A DNA stretch of 64,000 nt from Terriglobia bacterium (GTDB lineage Bacteria; Acidobacteriota; Terriglobia; Acidiferrales; UBA7541), in NCBI GenBank assembly GCA_963695545.1, contig OY968796.1:1312001-1376000 (forward strand). The letters are read 5' to 3'. Positions 28,393 through 38,097 of the stretch are shown here, piece after piece. A program made the translations under genes and the position numbers. Position 1 is the stretch's first letter. Every line of letters starts with the position of its first letter. Below the pieces are notes generated by a model, which saw only the letters and a list, made by a program, of their open reading frames with translations, had not been told where the DNA came from and did not search any database.

Positions 28393-31023
28393 TCAGCCGC
28401 CCATTGCGTCGCTCTTCTGGTCGGAGGGTGTGCTGACAGGCGGACCGCCCCTGTTGTCACGCGGCCCGAGCGCGGCCACGGCGTCTTCGATTTTCTTCGC
28501 AATCTCGTGCGGCTCGCCTGGTTCCGGGAAATAGATGGGCTTGCCGACGTAAACCTGCACGCGGCCCGGCCGGTTCCATCGCGTGCCGGCCAGGCGAATC
28601 GCATAAAGCCCTTCGACGCGCATCGGCAGCACCGGCAAACGCAGATCATTCACGAGTAAACCGATGCCGGGACGAAATGTCTTCATCGTGCCATCCGGCG
28701 TTTCATCGCCTTCCGGAAAAATCAGGATACTGTAGCCCCGCTCAGCCAGGCTGGCCGCAAATCGAAAGCTATCGCGAAACAGCGCCGATTTCGGCAGCGG
28801 AAAAACGTTGAAGAGCGCGTACATCAGGTAGTACCCGATCTGCCAGAGCCAGCGCCTGAAGAAAAACCACTCCTTCGGCGGATGCCGCTGCTTCACCAGC
28901 CGCTCGCCCCACATCGCGGTGGCCATGCGGTAGCGCAGCCGCGGCGTCAGCGCCGCGAGCACGAAGCCCACGTCGTAGTCCATCTGGTGATTCGCGACGA
29001 TCAGCAGCGGCCCGCGCACGCCGCGCAGATTTTCCCGGCCGTAGACGCGCGGGTGCGCCATCAAGTGCGTGGCGGGCCAGGTCAGCATGCAATAAATCGC
29101 GGCGCGTATCCAGGTGATCGGCCAGCGCTGCGGCCAGCGTGAATAAACGAATTGGGGTTTCTCTCCCGCCGGCTTTGCTTCGCCGATTAATTTCTGTAAG
29201 TCCCCAACCGTGCGCGCTTCGGCAAATTTCGTTTGGTCCAGCTCCACCTGGTAGCGATCTTCGAGCGCGCCGAGTAATTCCACGCGGCCCAGCGAATCAA
29301 GGCCGAGAGCTTTCGCATCCGTGCCGTCAGGTCTCGCGGGTTCTGGCGCCGGAGCCGCGGTCGCGGTGCGCGCCCGGCCGACGATCTCACTCAAAATCGC
29401 TTCGGTCGCCTGACCGCTCACCCGTTGCTGCTTGCCGCTGATCGCGGCTTCGGCGGCACGGCGAATGGTGGCCGCCTGCGGCTTGCCAGTTCCGGTGCGC
29501 GGGAAATCGTTGTCGGGCCAAACCCACCATCGGCGGATGTGCTGAAATTCCGCGAGAGTCGCGTTGGCGCGTTCGACGACGGCCGCGGCATCCGCGGAAG
29601 AAGCACGCAGCAAGAGCACGGCAAACGGTTCGGCGTTTCCGCCATCTTCGAGGCCGAAGACCAGGCAATCCACCACTTCCGGCTGATGGCGCAGCGCGGC
29701 CTCCAGATCTGCGGGATAAACGTTCATTCCCGCCGGCGTAACGATCACGTCCTTGCTTCGCCCGCGAAAATACAGGCTGCCCTCGGCGTCCATCGAACCC
29801 AAATCCCCGGTGTGGTACCAACCCTCGTCGCCATCTGCCAGTGGATGCAGACCGGTCGCGTCCCAATATCCGGCAGCCACACTTTTCCCACGCACCAAAA
29901 TCTCGCCCTTCTCGTCCAATTTCACTTCGCGCCCATCCAAGATTTTCCCGATCGAGCCGCGCCCGATCTTGAACGGATGATTCACGCTCACAAGCGAAGT
30001 GGTCTCCGTCAATCCGTAGCCTTGAATCACGGCAAAGCCCAGGCGGTTCCAGAACTCCTCGGTTTCGGCGGGCAGCGCGGCTCCGCCCGAAAGAAACGCC
30101 CAGAATTTCCAGCCGAATCGCCGGTGAATTTTTCGGAATCGCCACATGTGCCAGATGAAGCGCTCCTTCGCTGCTTCGGCGTATTCGTGGCGGAATTTTT
30201 CGATCTGGCCGCCGGCCTCGATGTCGCGCTCGATCTTCGTCGCCAGACTTTCGATCACCCGCGGCACGGCGATCAGCAGGCTCACGCGCTCGTCATGGAT
30301 CGTGCGCAGGATTTCGGCCGGATTCAGCGAATCTCCGAAAACCACCGTGGCGCTGATCGACGAAGGAACGAACACGCCCATGAACTGGCCGAACACATGA
30401 CTCAGGGGCACGACGTTGAGGAATCGCAGCGGGTGGAAATAGCGCTCGTACTTCTTGTATTTCAGGATTTGGATTTCCAGCGGTTCGAGGTTCGCCAGAA
30501 TATTGCCGTGAGAGATCGCCACGCCCTTCGGCTCCGACGTCGTGCCGGAGGTAAACAAGATCTCCGCGATGGCCTCGCGATTGAGAGGCGGCGCGGGATA
30601 CGCCTGGCCCGAATGCCGCGCGAGGAGCGTCGTTAGATTTTCAAGCTCCAGGACATGCATCGCCGCGCTCGGCGGCAGAGACCGCTCATTCGAGATCACC
30701 GCAAGTCGCGCCTGCACCTGGCTTGCGACACGCGCGGCGAAATCCGGCGCGGCTGAAAAATCCATCGGCACCGCGACGGCGCCGCGCAGCAGGCATCCGG
30801 TGAACGCCGCCACCCATTCCGCCGAGTTCGGGCCCCAGAGGAAAACTCGGTCGCCCGCGCCGATGCCGCGCTCTTCGAGCTCCCGCGCAAATCGCGCCGC
30901 AGTCTCCCCAAGCTGCGCGTAGGTCCACCGGACGCGCCGGTATCCCTGTCGCTGGACGTATGCGATTTCGTTGCCGCGAGCGGCAAAACCGCCCACAAAT
31001 TCCGCAAGTGATTGGCGAGTCAT
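28393..31023 (-). CDS. Fusion: long-chain acyl-CoA-synthetase-like adenylation domain - ACP - PlsC-type acyltransferase
   Basis: FTSGTTSEPKG, QGYGLTET, TGDLG (adenylation); LGLDSLGRVELL (phosphopantetheine Ser); NHQMDYD (HxxxxD) and FPEG (acyltransferase). Confidence 0.88.
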   Translation of the reverse strand: MTRQSLAEFVGGFAARGNEIAYVQRQGYRRVRWTYAQLGETAARFARELEERGIGAGDRVFLWGPNSAEWVAAFTGCLLRGAVAVPMDFSAAPDFAARVASQVQARLAVISNERSLPPSAAMHVLELENLTTLLARHSGQAYPAPPLNREAIAEILFTSGTTSEPKGVAISHGNILANLEPLEIQILKYKKYERYFHPLRFLNVVPLSHVFGQFMGVFVPSSISATVVFGDSLNPAEILRTIHDERVSLLIAVPRVIESLATKIERDIEAGGQIEKFRHEYAEAAKERFIWHMWRFRKIHRRFGWKFWAFLSGGAALPAETEEFWNRLGFAVIQGYGLTETTSLVSVNHPFKIGRGSIGKILDGREVKLDEKGEILVRGKSVAAGYWDATGLHPLADGDEGWYHTGDLGSMDAEGSLYFRGRSKDVIVTPAGMNVYPADLEAALRHQPEVVDCLVFGLEDGGNAEPFAVLLLRASSADAAAVVERANATLAEFQHIRRWWVWPDNDFPRTGTGKPQAATIRRAAEAAISGKQQRVSGQATEAILSEIVGRARTATAAPAPEPARPDGTDAKALGLDSLGRVELLGALEDRYQVELDQTKFAEARTVGDLQKLIGEAKPAGEKPQFVYSRWPQRWPITWIRAAIYCMLTWPATHLMAHPRVYGRENLRGVRGPLLIVANHQMDYDVGFVLAALTPRLRYRMATAMWGERLVKQRHPPKEWFFFRRWLWQIGYYLMYALFNVFPLPKSALFRDSFRFAASLAERGYSILIFPEGDETPDGTMKTFRPGIGLLVNDLRLPVLPMRVEGLYAIRLAGTRWNRPGRVQVYVGKPIYFPEPGEPHEIAKKIEDAVAALGPRDNRGGPPVSTPSDQKSDAMGG

Positions 31024-31228
31024 CTTCTTCCCGGCGTGTTCGGTGCCTACGTTTACACAGATGTAGCGCAGAAAACAAATCTTCTGCCCGTCTCAATCCG
31101 GATAACGCATGGCAAAATCGCACGCGCTCGTGGGTGGCCGCGACGGAATGCCTGTATCATGTTTATTATCAGCCGATTACGGCGTGGCCATAGTTTCGCG
31201 CGCGACCAACAAACCGGTATTCACGGCG

Positions 31229-31257
31229 TAGACTTCAGCACCCAATCGTGCTACAAT
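31229..31257 (+). promoter_or_regulatory. Putative sigma70 promoter (TAGACT-17-TACAAT, extended TG)
   Basis: TAGACT 31229-31234; TGCTACAAT ending at 31257. Confidence 0.5.
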
Positions 31258-31487
31258 TACTCGTCGTTTATTTCTCTTGTGTATATTTTACCCGTTCACC
31301 GCGTTGCACGCCCAAAGGGTAGTGCTCGATATCAGCAAGTACCCTAAGGGCTTACAGACCGGGAACGCTGCGAGCCTCTAGTTGAATGGAAGCGATTCCG
31401 GCGGACAGCCGGGCGCGCTTCTCCCAAGATAAGCCTTGCCGCTCTTTCGGTGCCATCCAGGCAGGCGCCGCCACCAAGGAGGTAGTT

Positions 31488-31715
31488 GTGCAGGTTCTAA
31501 TTACAGGACAGTGCATCAAGCACGAAATCTACGGCCTCGGCGTCATTACTGACTCCGATTCCGAACGCACCACCATCGACTTCGACGCGCACGGCACCAA
31601 GAAGTTCGTCACCACGCTGATGACCGCTGAGCTGGTCGGCGATGCGCCCACCAAGCCCGTGCGGCCCAAGCGCCGCTCTCGCCGCGCAGTTGCCGCGGTC
31701 GCCGCGAAAAGCTAA
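31488..31715 (+). CDS. Small stand-alone Tudor-like protein resembling the UvrD/PcrA C-terminal domain, with basic tail
   Basis: AAGGAGG SD then GTG; GQCIKHEIYGLGVI...TIDFDAHGTKKF pattern; tail KPVRPKRRSRR. Confidence 0.65.
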   Translation: MQVLITGQCIKHEIYGLGVITDSDSERTTIDFDAHGTKKFVTTLMTAELVGDAPTKPVRPKRRSRRAVAAVAAKS

Positions 31716-31797
31716 CACCGCTCGCCCCTGTGATTTTTCTCGACGCCGTCTTCACGGGGGACGGGTGTGTTTAGATTCTGCGGCCCGCCTCCAGACC

Positions 31798-34734
31798 TCA
31801 TTTCGCGGGCGCTCCAGCGCTCTTCGCGGGAGTTGGCGGCGTGGCGGGGGGAGCGGCGGACTTCGCAGGCGCTGCTGCGGCTTTCTGCATCTGTTCGAGC
31901 GTCTGCGCGACGCTGTCCATTCCCGGCGCCACCATGTTCATTGAGCGGAATTGTTTGAAATCGCCTAGCGCGGTTTGAGCGAGCGTCTCGCCGGTGTCGC
32001 CGATTTGACGGTTGGGCTTGTCGAAGTAAATGTTCTCCGCGAGTTGCAACTGGTTTGTGAACAAATACGCGTGCGCCAAATTCACTTCCATCCAATCCTG
32101 CGTCGAATCCATTTTGAGCGAGGTCTGCGCGTCAGCCAGCGCTTGCGCATATTGCTTGGTCAAAAGCTCCGACCAGGCCAGATTCCCGTAGGTCTCCGCT
32201 TCTTGCGCTTTCAATTTGGTCGTCGCAGCGTCGCCGGTTGCTTTCCCAAGATCTGTCTCCAGAACTTTTAGCTCGTCGAGATAGGTCTGGCGCGCGCCTG
32301 TGTAATCGGCGCCCTTCCCGTCCTGCTCGCTGGCCAGCGTCTCGTACGCCAACCAGAGGTTGTCGTCATACTGCGGATCGTCAGCTGCTTTTAGGGCGGC
32401 GGCCAGCGCTTGCCGATCGTACTGCAAGGCCTTCTGCGGTTGATTTTCGTCGTCGGCAAGGCCGGCGATGTGACGCTCCACGATCGCAAGGTGGTCTTCG
32501 GATTTGGGATTGTCATGCGCGTGGATCAGGTCTTGCGCGGCCTGCTCGCAATGCAGAAAGGCGTCGGTCGCTTTTGCGTAGTTCTTTTCGCCTTCGTACA
32601 CCAGGGCGATCTCATCGTACGCTGCCCACGGATCGTCGTCGTACTGCGCATCGCTCGCCGCACTCTGTGCGGCCGCGAGTTCGGCCTGAAAATCCTGCAT
32701 GGCTTGCGGCAGATGATTCTCGCCGTCGTCGAGAATGCCGATTTGCTGCTCCACCGTCGCAAGATGGTCCTCGGATTTTGCGTTGTCGTGCGCTTTGATC
32801 AGGTTTTGGGCCGCCTGCAGGCACTGCTGAAACGCTTTGGTCGCATTCGCGGTGTCGTTTTGATCCTGGTACAACAGCGCGATCTCATCGTACGCCGTCC
32901 ACGGATCGTCGTCGTCCTGCGCATCGCCAGCCGCAGCCTTTTGGGCGGCCACAAGTTCGGCCTGAAAGTCCTGCATGGCTTGCTGCGGCTGATTCATGTC
33001 GTTCGCGATGACGCCCATATTCAAGTCCGCGGTCGCAAGATCGTCCTCCGATACGGCGTTGTCGTGCAGTTGGATCAGTGCTTTCGCCGCCTGCTGCGTT
33101 TGGAGGAAGGCGGCGGCCGCGTTCGCATCGTCCTTTCGGTTCTCGTACAACACACCGAGCTCGTCGTTGAGTATCCACAGGAGCACGTCCACTCGATTGC
33201 TCTTCGCGTCTTGCGCTCTGGCTGCCTGCGCGAATTTCAAGCCCGCTTGATAGTTGGTGAGCGCGGTTCCCTCCGCCTTCCCGTCCTTCTTAGCTTGCAG
33301 AGAGGCTGCGTAGCCACTCATCATGTGGCTCAAAGCCTGCGCCACATTCACCTGCTCGGCGTTTCCGAGTTCGCCGGCCATGTGCTCAAAGAAAACGTTG
33401 TTTTGATTCCAGAATGGTCCGAGCTTTGCCGTCATGTCCGAGTCGCTGCTGGTTTGCTGGTAGAGCTCGATGTCGGAATCGAGCACTTGATTTACCGCCG
33501 TCGTCGCGATGTTCTTCGCGCGGCGCGCTTCGTGCACGGCATAAATCGTCAGGCCCAGCAGGACCAGGCACGCCGGCGCGGCCACGCGCGCCACGCGGAT
33601 CACGCCGCTCCGATAAGCGGCCTTCTGGCGCGCCACTTCGTCGAGCGGCAGGTTCGCGCGCACCCATTCGCGATCGAACACGCGGAAATAAATACGATTG
33701 CGAACGAACAAAAAGCCTTCGCGAACGCGGATGATTCCCGAAAGCCGCAGGATGGAGATCAGTGGGTGCGCGGGATCGTCGCGCAAGCGATCGTGCCTGC
33801 GAACGCGATCGTAGAGCATCAGCAGCGCGGTGTGGTCGCTCTCGCTGCGCAGGATGCGGTCGCGCACGAACAGCAGGTTGTCGTCGCGCTCGCGCGCTCG
33901 CGCGGAAAGGAACAGATCCTCGCAGATGCGGTCCACGCCGGCGACGCTGTCGACCTCCGGATCGTCCGCGACCGCCAGGCACAGTCGCTGCGTCATGTAC
34001 GGATGTCCGCCGGTCCAGTACAAAATCCGCTGCAGCAGCAGCCGCCCGATTTTTTCCGGCCGCCCGAGCCCGGGCAGAAGCGTTTCCGCTTCAGCCTCGG
34101 TGAAATCAGCCAGGTCGATGCGCACGCCCACGTTGAACGGCGTGGTGCGGGCGTCCTGAATCAAGTCCGAAGGAGTGGCCACGCCAATCAGACAGAAAGT
34201 CAGTCGCTGAAGTTCCGGATCTTCCGCGCGGCGATTGTAGAGTTCGCGAATCGACGCAAAAAACTCGTCGGTTACAAATGGCACGCTGCGCGTGGCGTCG
34301 ATTTCGTCGACGAATATAACGACTCGCTCGCGCACCCTCTCGAGCACGACCTCCCGCAGCGCGCGCGTCCAGCGCTCAAGAGGAGAAAGCTCCGCGTGCG
34401 CGGCCCAGAATTCCTCCACTTCCTTTTTCAGCCCAAATTGCTGCGCCGCCCGCGACGCGAGGCCTCGGTACCACTGCTCCGGCGTCAGATTCTGGCCCAG
34501 CGCGGTCAGATCGAGCACCGCCACGCGCGTATCGCCTTGCGCGCGCAATGCCACTGCCGCGCGCACCATCAGCGACGATTTGCCCATCTGGCGCGACGTC
34601 AGAACGTAGCAGAATTGGCCCGCGCGCAGCGCCGTCAGCAACTCTTCATCCGCCTGCCGGCGCACGTAGCTCGCGGCGTCGCGCCCGAGTGTACCTCCCA
34701 CGACAAAGAATTCGCTTCCAGTCGTTTCGGTCAC
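31798..34734 (-). CDS. AAA_35-type STAND-like ATPase - single TM helix - TPR-like repeats
   Basis: FFVVGGTL...SYVRRQAD, Walker A SRQMGKSS, Walker [45 protein letters not shown]; tandem 91-92-aa helical repeats. Confidence 0.85.
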   Translation of the reverse strand: MTETTGSEFFVVGGTLGRDAASYVRRQADEELLTALRAGQFCYVLTSRQMGKSSLMVRAAVALRAQGDTRVAVLDLTALGQNLTPEQWYRGLASRAAQQFGLKKEVEEFWAAHAELSPLERWTRALREVVLERVRERVVIFVDEIDATRSVPFVTDEFFASIRELYNRRAEDPELQRLTFCLIGVATPSDLIQDARTTPFNVGVRIDLADFTEAEAETLLPGLGRPEKIGRLLLQRILYWTGGHPYMTQRLCLAVADDPEVDSVAGVDRICEDLFLSARARERDDNLLFVRDRILRSESDHTALLMLYDRVRRHDRLRDDPAHPLISILRLSGIIRVREGFLFVRNRIYFRVFDREWVRANLPLDEVARQKAAYRSGVIRVARVAAPACLVLLGLTIYAVHEARRAKNIATTAVNQVLDSDIELYQQTSSDSDMTAKLGPFWNQNNVFFEHMAGELGNAEQVNVAQALSHMMSGYAASLQAKKDGKAEGTALTNYQAGLKFAQAARAQDAKSNRVDVLLWILNDELGVLYENRKDDANAAAAFLQTQQAAKALIQLHDNAVSEDDLATADLNMGVIANDMNQPQQAMQDFQAELVAAQKAAAGDAQDDDDPWTAYDEIALLYQDQNDTANATKAFQQCLQAAQNLIKAHDNAKSEDHLATVEQQIGILDDGENHLPQAMQDFQAELAAAQSAASDAQYDDDPWAAYDEIALVYEGEKNYAKATDAFLHCEQAAQDLIHAHDNPKSEDHLAIVERHIAGLADDENQPQKALQYDRQALAAALKAADDPQYDDNLWLAYETLASEQDGKGADYTGARQTYLDELKVLETDLGKATGDAATTKLKAQEAETYGNLAWSELLTKQYAQALADAQTSLKMDSTQDWMEVNLAHAYLFTNQLQLAENIYFDKPNRQIGDTGETLAQTALGDFKQFRSMNMVAPGMDSVAQTLEQMQKAAAAPAKSAAPPATPPTPAKSAGAPAK

Positions 34735-34801
34735 AGGACCCTCCTTTCAAGCCGCTGTCTCACGGTTTTCCCGGAGCCACTTGGCAGATTTGCGTCCGGC
34801 G

Positions 34802-36853
34802 CTAAGTCAAATGACGCAGTAGGAATTTCCGGTACAGCTCGCAGCGCGGCGTCACTTCATTCGACGACGCGCCCGTCATCACGCCCGCGCTCCGCAGGCG
34901 CACAAAGTCGTCCATGGAGATGGATGCCTTGGCCCCCGCCGCTCCGATCACCTGGCGGACCGCTACGGTCAACGCGGGATTTTTCGCCAGGGTGACCAGG
35001 ATCCTGCGCAGATGGTCGCCGAACGGCCCTTCGTCCTGGTCCGCTATGCTCTCGAACGCCTCAAGCGACCCGCCGTTTGCCGCTGCGCCTGAGCCCGCGG
35101 CCAGCGCCGTCAACTCCTGCAAACCGCGCCGCACAAGATAAGGACTGCCGCCGACGAGCGCGAAAAACCGTTGGATCTCCGCGGGGGATTTGAGCGGCAT
35201 CCCGTAGCGCCGATTGAGTTCGGCCACTTCCTCGATTCCGAAATCGCGCAACTCGATTTTGGTGCCGACGTTGAATGGCGATTGGTTGATGTCCTTGATG
35301 AACAGATAAGCTTCCGTCGCGTAGACAATCACCATGCTGAGCCGCGTCCACGGACCATCGGGATTGAGCATGCGATCGTTGTGCCACGAGCGGAAAAGCC
35401 CGAAGACTTCGCTGGCGAATTCGCTCGTGAACAAGCGGTCCACTTCGTCCATGCCCCACACCAGCGAATGAGGAACGCCCTCGAGAACAGTTTCGATAAA
35501 CGCCGCGAAATTGTCGTTCGCGGAATCACCGGCGCGCCATGTCTCATCGAGCGATATTTTCAGTCCCAGCCGCTTGATCATCTGCTTCATCAGCGCGCGG
35601 TAGAACTTATCGATGCTCGAAAGATCGTCGGTGTTGAGCGTCTGAAAATCCGTGGTCACCACGGTGGCGCCGGCCGCGCGCGCTTGTTGCAGCCCGCGCG
35701 CCAGAAGCGAAGTCTTTCCCATTTGCCGCGCGCCCTTCACCAACACCACGCATGTTCGCCGGTCGACGGCTTTGCGAAATTCCGCATCCGTGGGCCGCTC
35801 GATGTAATACTCGGAATCGAGCGGCACCGCTCCCCCGGCTGGCTCCGGTTCTTTGAGCACCGGCGCGGGTCCCCGCAGCGACGCCGCAAGTTCGGTCGCC
35901 ACACGCGCGTTGTCTTGCGCGTCCCTCCACGCAAACTGCGGCGCCGCGTTCAGAATGCCGCCCAGAGGTTCCGCGAGCGCCTCTCCATAAGCTAGGCGCA
36001 CGGGCAGCAAACGCGGCTTCCCTTTCTGCTGGTCGGCCGCGCCGTGCGCCGTTTCCACTTCCCATTCCATCATCTCGCTTGACGCCGACGCCGCTGAAAT
36101 CAACGGAATCACGGCGTCGGAGGCGCGTATCTGCTTCTCGATCTCCAGCAGCCATTCGGTGCCCTTTTGTGTGTGCCGATCGACAAATACCTGATGGCCC
36201 TGAGCGTTCAATTGATCCTCGAGCCACTGCGTCAGTGTTTCGTCCGGCTGGGCGTTTCTCTTATACAAAATCGCCAAGTGCAGTCCGCTCGGAGCAACCG
36301 CCGCGCCCGCGGCGCTCGGAGTAGTCGTAGCGCTCGGCACGCCTGGGGTGTTCGCGGTGACTTCGCTCACGCGAGCCGCACCCGGCAAGATTTCGATATC
36401 CGGCGCCAGGCCGCCCGCACGCAGGCCTGCAATGATTCGCGGCAACGCCGCCGCTGCCCCTCCGGCCCCGATCGAGACCGCGCTCGCCGCGGCCATGATC
36501 TGTCCCCATTCACGAATCTGGTCGGAGGTGCGTTGGCGCGCCTCGAATTCGTCGTGCGTCATTTGATAAAGAACGGGGATTTTTTTCTTGCGCGATTTGT
36601 AGGCACGCACCGCTTCGGCCGTGATTTCATCGGGGCCGTCGCAGGAGTGCGGCGAGATCAGCAGCAAAAACGCGTCGCAGCGCTCGATTGCCTTGCTGAT
36701 CTCCACCAAATAGGAACCGCCCGAAGGACAATCGCGCTGGTAGTACCACGTGCTGTAGCCCGCGGCTTCAAGACCGCGGGCCAATTCCTGCGCGACGCTC
36801 CCGTCCTCTTCGACGTAGCTGACGAAAACTTTCCGCTCGACAGGCAATTCCAT
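34802..36853 (-). CDS. TIR - TIR - AAA_35-type STAND-like ATPase
   Basis: TIR1 VFVSY...AIERCDAFLLLISP...EITAE; TIR2 VFVD...IRASDAVIPLIS...EWEVE; GGAVPLDSEYYIER, Walker A GARQMGKTS, Walker B WGMDEVD, SPFNVG, VGGSPY, RCELYR; start MELPVERK at 36853. Confidence 0.88.
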   Translation of the reverse strand: MELPVERKVFVSYVEEDGSVAQELARGLEAAGYSTWYYQRDCPSGGSYLVEISKAIERCDAFLLLISPHSCDGPDEITAEAVRAYKSRKKKIPVLYQMTHDEFEARQRTSDQIREWGQIMAAASAVSIGAGGAAAALPRIIAGLRAGGLAPDIEILPGAARVSEVTANTPGVPSATTTPSAAGAAVAPSGLHLAILYKRNAQPDETLTQWLEDQLNAQGHQVFVDRHTQKGTEWLLEIEKQIRASDAVIPLISAASASSEMMEWEVETAHGAADQQKGKPRLLPVRLAYGEALAEPLGGILNAAPQFAWRDAQDNARVATELAASLRGPAPVLKEPEPAGGAVPLDSEYYIERPTDAEFRKAVDRRTCVVLVKGARQMGKTSLLARGLQQARAAGATVVTTDFQTLNTDDLSSIDKFYRALMKQMIKRLGLKISLDETWRAGDSANDNFAAFIETVLEGVPHSLVWGMDEVDRLFTSEFASEVFGLFRSWHNDRMLNPDGPWTRLSMVIVYATEAYLFIKDINQSPFNVGTKIELRDFGIEEVAELNRRYGMPLKSPAEIQRFFALVGGSPYLVRRGLQELTALAAGSGAAANGGSLEAFESIADQDEGPFGDHLRRILVTLAKNPALTVAVRQVIGAAGAKASISMDDFVRLRSAGVMTGASSNEVTPRCELYRKFLLRHLT

Positions 36854-36963
36854 TTTCGTTTGGGCCCAGCAATCAGGCTCGAGGCCCGATTGTGAATGGT
36901 ATTTTCCAGCAATCCCCGCGCGTCTGCAAATAGCGCGACAGTGCGCGAGCCAGCAGCCCGCCG

Positions 36964-37512
36964 CTATTTCGCGGGCGCGGGTTGCGCGGTGGGCGGCAGG
37001 ATGCCGTTTAATCGCAAATAGCCCGCCTGCGTGCTGTAGTGATCGGCCCAATCGTTGGTGATCGAAATCATCGCGCCTGCGATGGTATTCGGGCGATTGC
37101 CGAACAACATAATCGGCTGGCCGAGCTTGGAATCATCCACGGCCGCAAGCGCCGTCGTGCAGTAATCGAACGAAGCTTTTAAGCCCGCCACCAGTTGGTC
37201 CTTCGGGTCCGTGTCGGCCAGCTTCAAATCGGGCGCCGGAGTGCCGGAGATTTTCGAGCAAAGAAACGTGTTGGACGTCGCGATGTGCGCCGTCAGGTGG
37301 GCGAACGTCATCTGTTGCGGCGTCGGAGAGTAATTGAATTTGTCGGCGGGCATGGAGTCGGCCGCTGCGACCATGATTTTGCTGTAGCGCGCGAGTTGCT
37401 GCTTGATGTTCGTGCTCACCGGATTGGCTACCGGCTGGTTATTTTCATCCTGCGCGCGGCCCGCCGCGGGAACCAGCAGCAGAGCCAGCGCGATCCATGC
37501 CAGGCGTTTCAT
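36964..37512 (-). CDS. Secreted DinB-family protein
   Basis: AGGAGG SD; signal peptide; AADSMPADKFNYSP...TFAHLTAH...DHYSTQAGYLRLNGILPP. Confidence 0.85.
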   Translation of the reverse strand: MKRLAWIALALLLVPAAGRAQDENNQPVANPVSTNIKQQLARYSKIMVAAADSMPADKFNYSPTPQQMTFAHLTAHIATSNTFLCSKISGTPAPDLKLADTDPKDQLVAGLKASFDYCTTALAAVDDSKLGQPIMLFGNRPNTIAGAMISITNDWADHYSTQAGYLRLNGILPPTAQPAPAK

Positions 37513-37791
37513 ATCGACTTCCTCCTTCTTGCGTGGGTTCTTGGGAGAACGCGGCACAGCATAGTCCCGGGCCCGGTCGTTCACAAGCGGGGCGCGCGGC
37601 GCCGCGCAGCGTTCGTTGGGATCGATCTCGCGCTGCCGGATCGCTCTCCGGTCAATGAAGCGGCAACAAACCCACTATCCATGGTGGCTTTTTTCTTGAC
37701 ACCACAAGCGCGCAGTCCCACAATCCCACCGGCGTTCTCGCCCGCTCCGGGTTGCGGTGGCCAGCTCGGGCGGATCGCCTGGAGGCGCGCC

Positions 37792-37998
37792 GTGCAATAC
37801 CTTCCGGGTTGGACCGTTCAATGCATCAATCCTGATTGCTTGGCCCGCGGCCACTGGCTGCGCGTCAATTCTCCCGGCCCCGATTCGTGCAGCAATTGCG
37901 GAGCGCCGCTGCACAATGTGCCCCCGCCGCTCGGCCCGCGCCTGCGGCTGCGTCCGCGTTCGCTGGGCAGCTATCGACCGGCGCGTCGGCCGAGTTAA
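37792..37998 (+). CDS. Small putative zinc-ribbon protein (68 aa)
   Basis: GGAGG SD then GTG; CINPDC...CSNCG and Arg-rich tail; TTGACA-17-CACAAT at 37696-37724. Confidence 0.55.
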   Translation: MQYLPGWTVQCINPDCLARGHWLRVNSPGPDSCSNCGAPLHNVPPPLGPRLRLRPRSLGSYRPARRPS

Positions 37999-38097
37999 TC
38001 CGCGCCGCGCTCCACAAACCAGCGGCGCGCCGCTGCGGTTGAACCTCCGCAGGCGTCGTGTTAGCCTCTGCGACTGACCCCGCCGTTTTTCTTAGCC

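Noticed and set aside
32410..34995. 861-aa plus-strand ORF (also 7978-9690, 20247-21803, 41995-43353, 29425-30636 and similar)
   Set aside because: Antisense shadows of well-supported opposite-strand genes in GC-rich DNA; no recognisable motifs.
36854..37051. Extended N-terminus of the TIR gene in the ORF track (likewise 4330, 5388, 10431, 13378, 27215, 42881, 43308 starts)
   Set aside because: These overlap neighbouring genes or promoters; downstream starts fit SD sites, stop/start overlaps and domain boundaries better.
36964..37512. DinB gene as third member of the TIR-STAND system
   Set aside because: Co-oriented and close, but secreted DinB proteins are common stand-alone genes; no sequence evidence of functional linkage.
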